Assembly (NCBI RefSeq): GCF_009834535.1
Contig: NC_045696.1
Location: 74,588,001 to 74,652,000, forward strand
DNA: 64,000 nucleotides
DNA from: Camelus ferus
Lineage: Eukaryota
Direction of reading: 5' to 3'
Shown: positions 13,811 to 26,729 of the stretch, one piece after another
Numbering within the stretch: position 1 is the first letter of the stretch
Layout: each line of letters begins with the position of its first letter
Made by a program: the position numbers and the translations under genes
Notes under the pieces: generated by a model
Databases searched by the model: none
The model's input: only the letters and a program-made list of their open reading frames with translations
What the model was told of the DNA's origin: nothing

Positions 13811-13993
13811 AAATACAAAAATTATGACTTTGCTACACAGGCAAAAAAATCTTTCTTCCCCCAACACAGCATATTGTGAGCTGAAAAGTCATTTTTTAGA
13901 GGACATTCAGAGGATAGGGAAGGACCAAGGCTTAGTCAGCATCACTGAAGATGGTTTCAGACTCCAAAGTCATTCCATTTTCTGACCACCTAC

Positions 13994-14137
13994 CTGGCTC
14001 TTCCATGTGAACAATGATCCAGTTGAAGGCCACCTCAGCTCCCATATTTCCAGTAAAGTACACAGCCTTCCGGCACGCTTCTAGAGGGAAGCCCATCTCG
14101 GCCAGCTGCATCACTGATGACTCATCGATGTCTGATG
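13994..14137 (-). CDS. USP13: USP13 exon 17 (144 nt), UBA1 (P)SDIDESSVMQLAEMGFPLEACRKAVYFTGNMGAEVAFNWIIVHMEEP
   Basis: MGF UBA motif; acceptor ctgtag|CA, donor CAG|gtaggt. Confidence 0.97.
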
Positions 14138-14724
14138 CTACAGAGCACAACAGGACATGCTGGTGTAAGAGAGTAAACCCTATTTCTTCTGTCTTAGCTT
14201 CTCTCGGTCCCCTTGCCCACAAGCTACCCAAAGATGAAGCTGTTTTCATTTAATGCGCAGATGATGGTTTAACTGTGTTTAGTTTTAAGCCATCCAAATA
14301 GTAAGCTATTTGAGCTGAATTTTCATCTTTGGCCTAAGTAGGAACCATGGCAATTACCTGAACAATCCAAGCACTGACAAACGATTCTCTAATTTCCTAT
14401 GAGACCTAGACCTAGCGTGCTCCCAGAACCATTTCAGCCTCTCAGATCATTCTCAAGACCTCCACAGCAGCCTCTCCCAGACTGAAATTTGAATAGGAAA
14501 ACATTATCTATATGCCAAAGAGCCTGTTCCCTAAATCTCACAGGAAGTTATAGCGGTCCTTCAGGTATATTACAATCAAAGGAAGTAAGCAGCTTAATGC
14601 TAAGATAGAAGGAAAGAATGCATTTTTCAATTGTATACACTTAAGATATTAAGATTGCTTTACAAATTTAACCTTAGCTTAGATACAGGTTTTCTTTTCA
14701 TAATATGCAGATATTGGCAGAGAT

Positions 14725-14845
14725 GTGTATATCCACGTGTGTGTATATACACACACAAATAGACTTATATGTATATATACATACATGCTTCTATGGATAT
14801 GCATACATGCACTTGTATGTGTGTGTACACAGACACACCTACACG
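14725..14845. repeat. Degenerate (TA/TG/CA)n simple repeat
   Basis: Alternating purine-pyrimidine tract gtgtgtatatacacacac...tatatatacatacatgc. Confidence 0.7.
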
Positions 14846-16947
14846 TGCTCTCAAATTACACCAAAGGTGGGTTGGGAACAGGAGCACAAAATATATCCCT
14901 TATGTGTCCATGTCCTGAGGTCTCTCATCTACCAAAACCTCAGCCAAAGACAACAGTCAGTACAACTCAGGAACAGAGAAACCTGTCCTACAAAAATTAT
15001 ATTGAAAATGTGTTACCAAAGTTCTCTTTCATGAAGAAGATACACAGAACATCCTATCAAGATAAACTTTTAAGAAAGCAATAATGTCAGACAGTGATTC
15101 CCAAATTGTGTCTCAGAGTATCCTAGTGTTCTAAGAGAGATGCAATTACTGAACCACAAAACAGGGGGTTTCCTTGGTCAAGTAAGTTTTTTAAACATAC
15201 ATTCTCTATTCTCCACTTAGAAATTTACAATGTAAGCTAACAAAGTGAAAATTCCAAAGTCCTGCAGGAAAGAAACTATGAAACTCTTTGTAAGACTCTT
15301 TTCTCTAGAATGCAGTTAAGTAGTGAAGCTTAATAAGGCTATCTATGTATGTATATAACAGCTTATTAAATTGAAAAGTCTAATTCCATTTCTCTGTAAA
15401 CGAACCAGGCACAGGTAAAGAACAGTAGAAGGACAGGTACCCACTGCTAACAGTGGTCACGGATGGGCGCTAAAACCAGAGGTGACTCGTATTGCTAATC
15501 CATAATTCCCAAATATGTTTCTACTTCTGTAGTAAGAAAACAATCAAAGTTACTCCTTTTAAAAATCTGAGAAAGACAGGATGTAAATGTAAATTAACCT
15601 CCACTAATTCTGTTTTCTCCTGTGGAATATGGGTAATTGCTGGTAAGACAGCAGGCTTAGATCAGGAGGATATCAGTGGCCAAACCACTTAACGCTGGAA
15701 AATCGCTGAGCTGCTGAGGTCAGACAGGCTCCTCTGATACGGGCAGGTTCAACCACCCATCACCTCCCCGGGGCAAGATCTTGGAGGCCAGCTCTCTGCA
15801 GCATCAGGGGCAGCCAGCAAACATCTCACATTCCAGGAAAGGTCAAGTGACATGAAACGCACACTCATCTCCAAGCCCTGGCTCTGGTCCCAGCTCTGGG
15901 TCTCTGAACTTCCCTGGGTCTCAGTTTTAACCTCTGTAAAATGTCACCTGCTCTGCCCTTCTTACCATGATAATCAAGTGAGAATCTGGGCTTTGTATTA
16001 ATAGTAAGGTTATATACAGTTGAAAGAATCTGTGGAGTAATAAATACAACATGACTCACTGTAACCATTCGAAATTAGTAACAGCCGTTGTTATTAGTAC
16101 AGATTATTCAGAGGCAGTGGTTTGCCCATGACCCACACTGACCCTAACAGCTTCTCTCAGCAATCAGCAAATCATAATTGACCCAAGAAAGGATATATGA
16201 AGGTCGAAGACACCTGATCAACACGTAAAGTGCTTGCAATGTAAAACACCTGAACTTCTAAATTAACAATGGTGTCTCCAGAACAGCTTTACAGACAAGA
16301 AGATTTAGACTCCCTCTTCCTCCTAAATACGTAAGTTATTCACTATAAATAGTTGATTTTTTAAATGTTCTTTTTAGAAAACCAAGAGCATCAACTCCCA
16401 CAGGATTAAGGAACTAAAAGGCTACAAAACTAAAAAGCAATCCAATGAAACTAATAACCTTAAGAGTATTAACTAACACTACCATGTCCTGGCAGTCGTG
16501 TGTCTTCATTACGTGTCCAGAAGTAGGAGTGGAGAAAGTGACAGGCCACTGCACCACCACTGCAGAGAGAGGCCTACTCGCGCAGCCAGAAGGGGAAGAA
16601 AAGCCATCATTATCCCCCTTTCACACACACAGAAACTGAGGCTCAGAGAAGTTAAGTCAGTTATTCTAAGTCACACAGTCACAAGTGGCAGAGCCAAGAT
16701 TCCATCACAGGGCTGGCTGGCACTCTCGCTAACGGCCGCTCTCCTGAACCACAGAGCCACCTCATCACCATGTCACTGGTTTAGATTTGCCGCTACCTCA
16801 ACCTGCAGACCAAGAATGGTTCCCACCCAGGAAAAGCTGCACATCCACACGCAGAGAACAACACCCCTTTACTGAACCCCCACAGATAAGCGTGTCAGGC
16901 CAGTAACAACTGTAGGACACTGAGAAAAAAATGTAAAAGATACATAC

Positions 16948-16974
16948 GGTCTATCAATTGGTTCATCAGGCGAT
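16948..16974 (-). CDS. USP13: USP13 exon 16, 27-nt microexon, (D)RLMNQLID(P)
   Basis: Acceptor tttaatttccag|AT CGC CTG ATG AAC CAA TTG ATA GAC C|gtatgt; it supplies exactly the residues between exon 15 (DDSK) and exon 17 (PSDID). Confidence 0.93.
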
Positions 16975-18324
16975 CTGGAAATTAAAGGAGAAGGCAGGAA
17001 GTGAGATCAAACCATGGCAGAGAGTTCTAGAGAAAGAAAGAGTTAATCCAGAGCACTTACCAACCGCCCACCCCTTGAGATCCCACACAGTTGTCAGCCC
17101 CTCCACTCCCCACGCAGCCCCCGCCAGCCTGCAGGATAAAGTCATTCCAGTAAAGAGAGGAAAACACCAGGTTTGGGGCATTCAGAGCAGATAAAAACAT
17201 GACGCTCTGCTTATCATCTTAATGAACCAGATAATTTCTCTCCCTGTACTTCTAAGAGCTCTATATAACTACTGGCCAAGGATTCTGTTATCAGCATCAG
17301 AGAAAGCAGGAGCAACGCTAGCAAACCATCTTGTATTTCTCGGTCACACAGACTGATCTCTTCTTCCTCGAACCCCTTTAATGAACCACCTGTACCACTA
17401 ACCCAGACTGTCCCACCTACAGCCCCTCCCCTACTGGCCATCCTCTGTAACTAGCATCTGACTGGGCATTAGAGAACAATGTGACCGTCTCGACCCTCTC
17501 TTGCTCCTCCTGGATTCCCCTTACCCTTCTTTTGCACCTGAACGTGATCACCCATAATATTCGTGGCTCAGCTGATGGGAAACCCCATGGCAGAGGGGCC
17601 CAGGGTGCTCTGTTTAGTGCACTATTAGCTGATTTACCTAATTAACTCATTAGGAAGGTGAACAGTAAACAGGTGAGCAAGCGAACTCAGAATGAAAGTG
17701 ATTTCATCAGAACGCCTGAGCTACTCATGAAACCAAGATTTCTCCATGCTGTTCTTGGACTCAAAAAGGCAATTATTTTTTGCATGTCCTTTTCCCTTAA
17801 AAAGTTAAGGACTCTGAACAATGACTACTTAAGCATTCACAGAGTGAATGAGAAACTCAAACTGCTGTCTTGCTGTGAAGCAGTGACGAAGCTGGGGTGG
17901 TGAGATGCAGACTAGATTTTTAAAACCAATGCATATAATATTGTTGAATTTGCCCTTTAGGTGTCCAAAGGAATGACACAGACCCCTAGCCTAAGAGCCC
18001 ACTGAAAACACAGGCCTCCTCTTCCCCACAGGTGCGTTAGGGGGAAGAGGAGGGAGGGAGGCAAGACCAGAGGCAACAAAACCTAAAAGCCTTTTGGAGG
18101 TTTGCTGCCCTCTGTGGCAGGTCCATTTCGACTGCTCACGATGGGTCCGTGCCACTTCTCATGTCTATTTTAAGTTTACAGGTGCAGCCAGGCTTCACAT
18201 CTGTGTGTCTATGGTGGGTTACAGCACAGGAAGGCACCAAGGGACAGCTGAGTGGTGAAAAAGGACTATTCCAGCAGAGGAGCGGGGGATGGGTCGAGAA
18301 GGTCCTGCTGGCAGAATATGGTAC

Positions 18325-18447
18325 CTTTGGAGTCATCAGGAATAACTATGGGGGGGCTGATGTCCGGAAGTTCCTCCTCTCCTGGCTGCAACCCCCTGGC
18401 TCGGAGATGGTTGATATCAAGTAGGTCTGGCATGTCAATTGAAACAT
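18325..18447 (-). CDS. USP13: USP13 exon 15 (123 nt), (D)[40 protein letters not shown]
   Basis: Acceptor tttcacag|AT, donor AAG|gtacca (weak). Confidence 0.95.
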
Positions 18448-20825
18448 CTGTGAAATGAGAAAGATAATATTCACTGGACTCTCCAAATACACACAATCAC
18501 CTCCTAAAACCAGCACTGCTAACTCTATGCACACGTGTCTAGGCAGAGCCAAGGGATGCTTTATAGTTCCCTGAGTAAAGCACTGGACCAGAAGAATCAC
18601 TGAGACTAGTTAGATTTTAATGCAGAATCAGGGGAAATACAGGGGGTGGCAGGATTTCACACGGAACAAGATCAAATGAGGTAAGGCCAGAGGTCGCACA
18701 CTGGTAGCCCAGAGAATGTTTGTTGCCCAGCTTTGTTTGATGTTTTTTAAATGGTGGCAACAAATTCCAATTTTTAAATCAGAAAATTTAATTTGAACAT
18801 CCAGATTTCCAGCTTATTTTGAAAAACAAAAGGCTGTAGCGTATTCTCATACTGGTGACAACTGCCTGGGGCTGGTCTTCAGCTTCTAGGCAACATGTGC
18901 CCCCTGTGCCGGTCTGCTACAGACCCCACCACTCCCTATTGCCCCCATGATCCAGAACATATTTATGTGATTCTGATTCTTATGGTAGAGAACAGCTTTC
19001 CTAATCCATGACTTTATTCAAAACAGGAATACCCAAGAAAGACCAAGGCAGCTACAGCTGTATGTTTCTCAGACCCAGCCTGCTTCTTTCATTCACATTA
19101 TCACCCTGGTTAGGCATTTGAGTCTGCAACCCCTAGTTTATGTCTTTTCTCAGATCATGACTGGTATTGTGATTATTCGACCTAAGGTAATAAAAAAGGA
19201 TGAAGCTTTAAAGAAATTAATTGAATCTCAAGTGTATTCATCTTAAGGGAATTTTTTTTTTTTTAACATTCTCAGCTCAGCTGTCATTACGTTGACTAAC
19301 TCAAATAAAAAATGTATCAGTCTAACAGCCTGTTGAGATTGAGTACTGCACACACTCAGATAGGGTAATAACTGGAAAATGGGTTGAAACGCTGGTGCAG
19401 GGTATGTCTCTTGGGCTAGCAAACAGAACCTGAAAACACTATCCTCCAAAACAGTTATGATGCCAGGTACATAAATCCTAAAACAACCAGCCACGGAAAA
19501 AGCTTAGTTTAAAAAGATTTTTTTTAATCTCAGGGGACAGCAAAATCAAACATAATGCCTGACCCACAAAATCAATACAATTGTTCCTCAATAGAAAAAT
19601 TCAGGTTCATTAATGAAAGCTTTGGGGCTGCTTTAAAGTCAGCAAGCCTACAAGATCTGTTCTGAATTTAGCCTTTACAGAAATTCCAAGGACAAAAGAA
19701 AATAAGAAAACTGTTTTCGAGGCAGTTCACAGCCTTTAGAAGTCAGTTTTCTCTCTCAGGAACTTCTCAGGTCCACGAGGAAAGGCTGAGTGATGAACAA
19801 CCTACCCTCTGCCCTCCTCCCTGCCCACAAAATTACTCCACCAGGAAAAACAAAAGATGCTGCAGACTCAGTCCCAGGCTGCTTGATGCCACGTGGAAAC
19901 GGGCTCTATGTAAGCCATAAGTGCCAGAGGTCTCTGGGAAAACACTCCTGCTAATTTTACATTCTTCCTACCTATCCCCTCTAGATGAGCAGATGAGTGC
20001 TTAATTAACCAGCATAAGACTTGTGTGATTTTTTAAGTGCTCAACATAAAAACTTTAAAAGACTGGCAAATGGTCCGAGGTACTTGCTTGAGAAACCAGA
20101 GGGTAAAACTGGATATCCTTCCACAGCACTGCGGACAGCCTAACAACACCTTGACATTAGACTGAAATGAAGAAAATGTTCTTATACATTGTCTAGTCAA
20201 GGGCTTTTATGATCAGCAAGAAGAAAGCCCAATTAAGCCAGTCACATCCCTTTCCTGACTTTTTAATACAACTGACTACTCACGTTATTATTAAAACGTG
20301 TATGATTTAAGCAAATGCCATTAGCCACACCTGCCCGCTTCAGAGGCAGAGGAGAGATGCTGAGAGTGTATCTTCAATTACTTACACCCCCAAGCATGGT
20401 TTTTGGAGCAGCCACACTAGCGGATCAGCATCACCTGGGAGCTTGTTAGAATGAAGAATCCTAAGCCCCACCCCTGATCTGCTGAATCAGCATTTCACCA
20501 AGATCATGTGAAAGTTTGGGAAGCATCATTTATTTGACAATGTGAAGGTCCTGTTCACTCTTAGAATCCAGTCTTTCCAGAACCTAGAATCTGGTCTTTA
20601 CAGAACCTATTATTAGAGGGATGGGTTAGCATGTGGCAATTTTTTTTTTTTATTTACTGTCAATGCTTATCATATATTTTTATCTTTCAAAAGAGAAAGG
20701 TGGGAATCATGGAAAAGCAATGTAATGAAACTTTCTGACAGCCAACCCCAGGGGCTCTTTCACATGCCATGTTTTTCAAATGGCTAATTTGATGTTTTAA
20801 GCAAAAGCATGCAAAAGATACCTAC

Positions 20826-20914
20826 CAAATTTTTTGGGAACCCAGTCAAGACCAAAAGTGAACTTCTTTATCTGCACTACCAAGTATTCAGGGAATGAGG
20901 CAAAGCGGGATGTT
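20826..20914 (-). CDS. USP13: USP13 exon 14 (89 nt), [29 protein letters not shown]
   Basis: Manual translation; acceptor tttcccag|A, donor TTG|gtaggt. Confidence 0.96.
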
Positions 20915-23519
20915 CTGGGAAACACAAGGGGATTAGATCAATGAAACAAGGCAGTAAGAATTATGAATACAGTTCATGAAGCATCAAAAGCTTTGTCTGA
21001 GGCATACCCAGCAGTTCCCCAGACGGCACTGAAGAGGAGCAACACGCAAGCAGACACGAGCAGACACACACTCACCCCTTCACCGTTCATCCTGGCCTCT
21101 TCACAATAAGAAAATGTTTAACAGAGGAGAACACTGTCCCTGGAGAAGGATTTTGGGCATGTTGCAAAATTATTACTTTTACTTTGCTGTGGCATTTTAT
21201 ATTTCTGGAAAGTTGTCTTCAACCAGAAATATGTTTTCTTCTAAAACCCTTGCTGGGATTTAGTATACACATATGTAGGTGTGTGGGGGCACGTGTGCTT
21301 TATACGTCTGTGTATGAGGTCTAAAAAGCTCCCCAAGAAATCTGACACCTCCCCCAATTCCACCAAGAGTCTATCTTGTGATAAAGAGTTGGCATCAGGA
21401 GGATTTACTGGAACTTTGGTTGAGGTTGACAGCTGTAAATTCTAGGGCCTCACTAAAAACTACTGTAGCTAAAATCCACGGTTACAAGGTTCCTAAAGGT
21501 AGGTAGGTGGGTGGGTGTGTGGGTGTGTGGGTGTGTATTTTATACGTGTATATATATAATGGGGAACCTAAAATATCTAAATCTGGGCCTTAAATTTAAA
21601 AAGTAATACATATGGTCAATGTCTTGAGTTTCCCTTCAAACTTTCAGGAATGCTGAATTGCTTGAACTTGAGTTTGACAATTTCATGCACAAACTATTCA
21701 ATTTATACACCAAATTCATGCCTGGTTCCAGCTCATTCTCTCCACATTTACTATCTTGCTTATAACAACCATTTCTATTTGAGTGGGTGTAGTAGGTACA
21801 TGGAAAAAAGAAAATTAGCTGTAGACAGATACCATAGGTGTCTTTTAAAATAAAAGATCTCAGAACACGCTCCCTACAAAGTCCACTTTTCAAAATCTAG
21901 TCTTTGCCTTCTATTCAGAGCTCATCTTCCTAGAGTTCAGAAAACAAATGCAAATACATTACTGCCCCCTAGTGTAGACGAGAAGTCACTGCACAGGGGC
22001 TGAGGGACTATCCAAAGGGTATCAAAACACTTGGATGCTACTTAATTCACTCCAAATCTGACCCTCCTTGAGGCACCATTTTCACATTTACAAAATGGAT
22101 GTATTAATAACATCTACCTGCAGGGCTGCACAGTGTTCGTGAAATGATATGAAACTGCCCAGAACACTAGGAGGTGCATGATTATCGTCATGAAAGAGCC
22201 AGAATCTGTGAGGCCTTGGTCACCAACTTGGTCTGTCACTGATCTGTATTTTGCCTCGGGCAAGTGACTTAACCTCTCTATATCTCAAGTTCTCCATCAC
22301 AAGGAGGGCAGAAGGGTACAGGCAATCACTTAATGGAGTTCTTAAGAAAAAACAACAAAAAACAAAACAAAAATAAACAAGCAATTAACTGTCCTAAGGG
22401 ACTGATCTGTTATGAGCCTGGCTCACGCTCCAGAAATTACGTATTATCTCTAATCAGGTTTTCCTATCTTTTGAGAAGTAAACATCATTCTTAAATATAT
22501 TAGAGTCCTCAATTTCACCAAAACTAACAAACTCCATCTGATATTTTCAACTACTGTAAAAAATGTCACCTCCCTGACCCCTTCCTCTTACCACGTTAAT
22601 TTAAAATCTGGAAAATATAACAGTGAAATCAAGCAAAAGTCATTAGTAAATCTGTGATTTCCAAGATCTGGTTCAGGAACCCCCAGACGATTGCAGTTGT
22701 TATGTGGTCAGAACCTGGGTGAGGAATCAGCTGGCAATACCAGGGAGTGGGGAGCAGCGGAGGGAACTCAAGGCTGGGGTGGGGGTAATTTAACACATCA
22801 CTTTATTATGGGTAACTACCAACCTAACAGTAGATTCGCAGGTTAGACGATGCCCACATTATATTTGCCCTGTTGGGTAAATATTCTTTAATTCATCGTT
22901 GTAACCTGTATAGGATCTCAAGTTGAATCACACATGTAGTAACTGCTCGACATAAATTTGTTCAAATCAATCTCTAACTTAACACCTGACATTCATTAAT
23001 TGCAGGTTTGGGACATTAAGTTTGTTAGTTAAATCCAGCAAAGTTATAAATTATGTACCACTTACTCTTTTATTCCTAAAATTAATTCCTGGAATTAAAA
23101 TTTTCTTAAAAAGTTATGTATTTAATAAAGACCATTAGAATATAAATCATTCAAAAAGATCCAGATAGACACAGAGCAATTTCAAGAACTGTTATGGGAA
23201 ATGAATTAAGACATTAAGCGCTTAGAACCCTGTCTGACAACACTAATGCATTGTCTATTGACAACCTATTACCATTATTTAAAATATAGCAATTGTTCAG
23301 TAATTACAATTCAGGCAAAAACACTATGAAAGCCTTATTAAGAAAAATATATATAACTGTCCCTCTCCTGGAAATTAAGACTATCTATTTTATTGAAAAC
23401 CTGGCAACTGAAAAAATACAGTTCTATCCTTTCCATGAAATATGTTGAAAATATAATAATTAATCAACCACAGCCAAATTGTACAATCCATGGCCAAAAA
23501 AAAGATAGATATAATGTAG

Positions 23520-23775
23520 TAACAATTACAGTACATACCTACCCTGCCAGGCACTGTGCACAGCACCGTACAGCTTATCTCGCCTTAGTCCTCACCCCAA
23601 CCTTATAGAGAAAGTACTATTTTTATCCTCAGTTTATCAGTATCCTCAGTTTACATAAAAGGAAATGGGCTTATGGAGGTGAGGTCACTTGGCCGAGGTC
23701 ACCTACTAGTAAATTCTACACTGAGAATTCAAACACTGCCAGTCCACCTAAAGCTTGGGCTCTGGAACCCCATAC
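23520..23775 (-). mobile_element. MIR SINE with an internal 13-bp duplication (tatcctcagttta at 23624 and 23641)
   Basis: tgccaggcactgtgc...ggaggtgaggtcacttggccgaggtcac. Confidence 0.7.
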
Positions 23776-24289
23776 CCTGCTTTTCTCTTCATAAATGATA
23801 AGGTCAAGACAAAATTTCTCCCTGTTGATCCTTAATCTGTGAGCTGCTTGAGGGGAGGGACTAGGTCTTTTCAACTCACTGCCTAGAAAACACCAGGTGA
23901 GCAGTCATAGCCGCTTGCTGAATGGAATTTCCGAATGCCAGCATCCGTCCGAGGCGCTGTCGTTCAGGGCTGATGAGGGGAAGAGTCTTTATGTCTGGTC
24001 CATTCTGACCCAAGATCTACCAAGAGGACATCTTTTGCCTCTTTCTGGCCTTAAAGGCTTTGGTCTCACACAAGAAAAACTCAAGGCCCCAAATTAACAT
24101 CATAAGGTGATCAGGGCTAGATTGCTGGACAAAAGAAAGAAAAAAGATCTGATAGGAATCCACTGAACTGGCTTCCCCTAAACTAATATTTGAAACATAA
24201 GACATAATAAGGAATAAACAAGGCTATGTAAGGATTATAAAGATAAAAGCATAAGCAAGGATGGTAAGGAGCAAGGGACACTGTACACC

Positions 24290-24510
24290 TAACAAGGATT
24301 AAGAGTTCAAACTTCGAACATGAATGATTCCAAGTCCGCCACTTAGCGGTCAATGACTTCTCCTTTTACTCGCCCCTCTGTAAAATGGGGAGAATATGTA
24401 ATGGCTCCGCCCCACCACAGTACTAAGAGGGTTCAGTGACAGCTGATGGGAAGCACTCAGCACATAACCTGGAACAAAAACGTGCCATAAATGGTAGTTG
24501 CTTTCTGACC
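24290..24510 (+). mobile_element. MIR SINE
   Basis: ctgtaaaatggggagaat...agcactcagcacataacctggaaca. Confidence 0.6.
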
Positions 24511-26531
24511 CTAAAACACTGTTTTCTCCTTTCCCACAAAGGCCAGTTTTCAATTATTAACAATTGTGATACACCTAGCATTAATTTTCTTTCCTATACA
24601 TAAAACCATAAGAGCACATTTATATGTAAAAAAAGAGAAAAAACATGTTTAAATCCACTGTGAAGGATTAGAGACAGCAGAAAGCTCTCCTCAAGGATTC
24701 TAGATGATTATATGAGCACTGCCTGCAACTAAATATTCTGTAGCATTTGAGGAGAAAATCAGGTCAGTGGGCGTCATTCCTCCCTTCAGATGAAAGGACA
24801 CTGGGCGGCAACTTTGCCCCTGGATAGACCACAAGCTGGGAAGTGGACAGACGAAGAATCCAGGTCTCCTGGCTGCTAGCCAAGGGTCAGAAATCCCATC
24901 TCTGGGGAAGGTGAATGCCTCCCAGCTCCACCACAAAGACGGGCCTTTTCCTAGTGAGGAGCGGCTCCTTCCTGCAGGCCCAGAGAGCAGGTCACACCCT
25001 GCATTCCTAAGACATGGGGCCGCTTTCCTGAAGAGCAGAGAACGGCGACCAAGCGGCCAGGCCAAAGATGACCACTCTGCAGCGCACACCTGATGCTGGG
25101 GGTTTTTGAGGCTGCCAGGCCCTAGATTGCTTCCACCTTCCATACAGAATCAGAATGAAAGGGCAAGAGAAGGATTAATGTTTCAGCACTCATCAGCCCA
25201 CTGTTGATAAGTGAAAATAAATAAATAAATAAATAAAATCAACTTGTACACCTTAAACTTACCCAACATTGTATGCCAATCATATCTCAATAAAGCTAAG
25301 AGAAAAAAATTAATTGTTTCCACTACTAATATTATGTGTAGGTTTTTAACTGCCCAAAGATGGGTCCATGTTGTAATGAAGTGAATCTCAAACACTTAGC
25401 CTGAACTCACCAACTGTGATCTGCAAGGACACACCCCTCCCCAAAGCCAAGCAGTCCTAGGGTGAAAACTTAACCCACAACGGATAACTGATAACTGAAT
25501 TATCATTAATCTCATCTGGATATAAAGAAACTTGGGGGAAAGAAATTATTTTAAGAAAAGATGGCTTTTTCGTAGCTTTTGAAATAAATTCTTTTTGGTT
25601 TTCCATGTTTAACACATGAAGTTGATTATCTGAAACAGAGGAATCCTGGGGGATGCTGTCACAGAGAGTAAGGGATTGAGGTTTGACTGCTACATGAGGT
25701 TGTGATTAAAAAACCAGCAGTAGCTTGTCCATCCCCCTCCCTTCACATCAGCCAGGGCCCTGTTAGCCTAGAAGAAAATGGCTGAGAAGTATCTAAAAGT
25801 GGTGAGAGTCCCAGAGCCTAACCTTCAGCCCTCCTCTCTTCTTATGCCACTGTAAGTACTCTTTTTCCAACGATATGAAGGGTGCTGGCAAGGACTTAAC
25901 TGTATCAAGTCAATTAAGGTGTCAAGTGGAGGAAAAGAAGTTTGTACCTGATACAAGGCTCACGATATGGAAACAGAGTACCTCCTGACCATGTCCTGAG
26001 CAGCTGCTTGTTGGAAGGACGCTCAGGAGCCGTGATGTCCACCCTGTGATGCACTGAGACCCCCGGTCTCTGGGTAGCAACACAGTCACCACTTTAAGCC
26101 AAATCTTTAGTTGTGGAATTAAAACCTATCACAGTGGAGTTTAAATACTGAAGACTGTCCTAAGTATTTTTATAATTTCTTCATTAATATCATTCTTGCC
26201 ACAGGAAGAAAGGATTCTCTGCTACACCCTCTTGGCAGATAAAAGAAAGGAAAAACAAATTCCCTACAGAGGATAAACTACAAAGTTGCTTTTTTAAAAA
26301 AAGAAAAAAAAAAGCCCTTGCACATAATAGAGATTACAAGCCTGTCTTACTGGGTTGGTCTCACACAAGAGAGGCTGTGACAGCTATGGCGTGTAAACCC
26401 TAGTCCCACCTGCTACACAGGGGCAAGCACGCACAGACTCACGCAACACCCGCCAACCCTCCCCTCCCCCCGTCCCCGCCTCTCAAGGTCCCCCCCTCAC
26501 GCTGCCGCCACCACACAAGCGTGTACATGCT

Positions 26532-26550
26532 CACACACACACACACACAC
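26532..26550. repeat. (CA)n microsatellite, read as (UG)n in the pre-mRNA, abutting the exon 13 donor
   Basis: cacacacacacacacacac immediately next to ttac (donor). Confidence 0.9.
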
Positions 26551-26554
26551 TTAC

Positions 26555-26729
26555 TTCACACCCGCAGACTTTGCTTGCAGGGCGCTGCTCCAGAAATCAT
26601 CAACGTTTTCTGGTTCAGAAAAGGCCTGAAGGCAGGCGCTGAATGGTATCTTGGCACGAACCAGCTCGGGAAGGGGTCTTCTGTTTGCTTCTGCCTCCCT
26701 TCTCGTTAGCTCGTAGGCGATTAGTTCAT
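26555..26729 (-). CDS. USP13: USP13 exon 13 (175 nt), (D)[57 protein letters not shown](K)
   Basis: Acceptor ttactcag|AT, donor GAA|gtaagt. Confidence 0.96.

Noticed and set aside
14705..15084. Two ORFs of more than 100 aa
   Set aside because: Low-complexity translation of a TA/CA simple repeat.
20562..20607. Imperfect 2 x 23-bp tandem repeat
   Set aside because: Ordinary decayed slippage duplication with no further copies.
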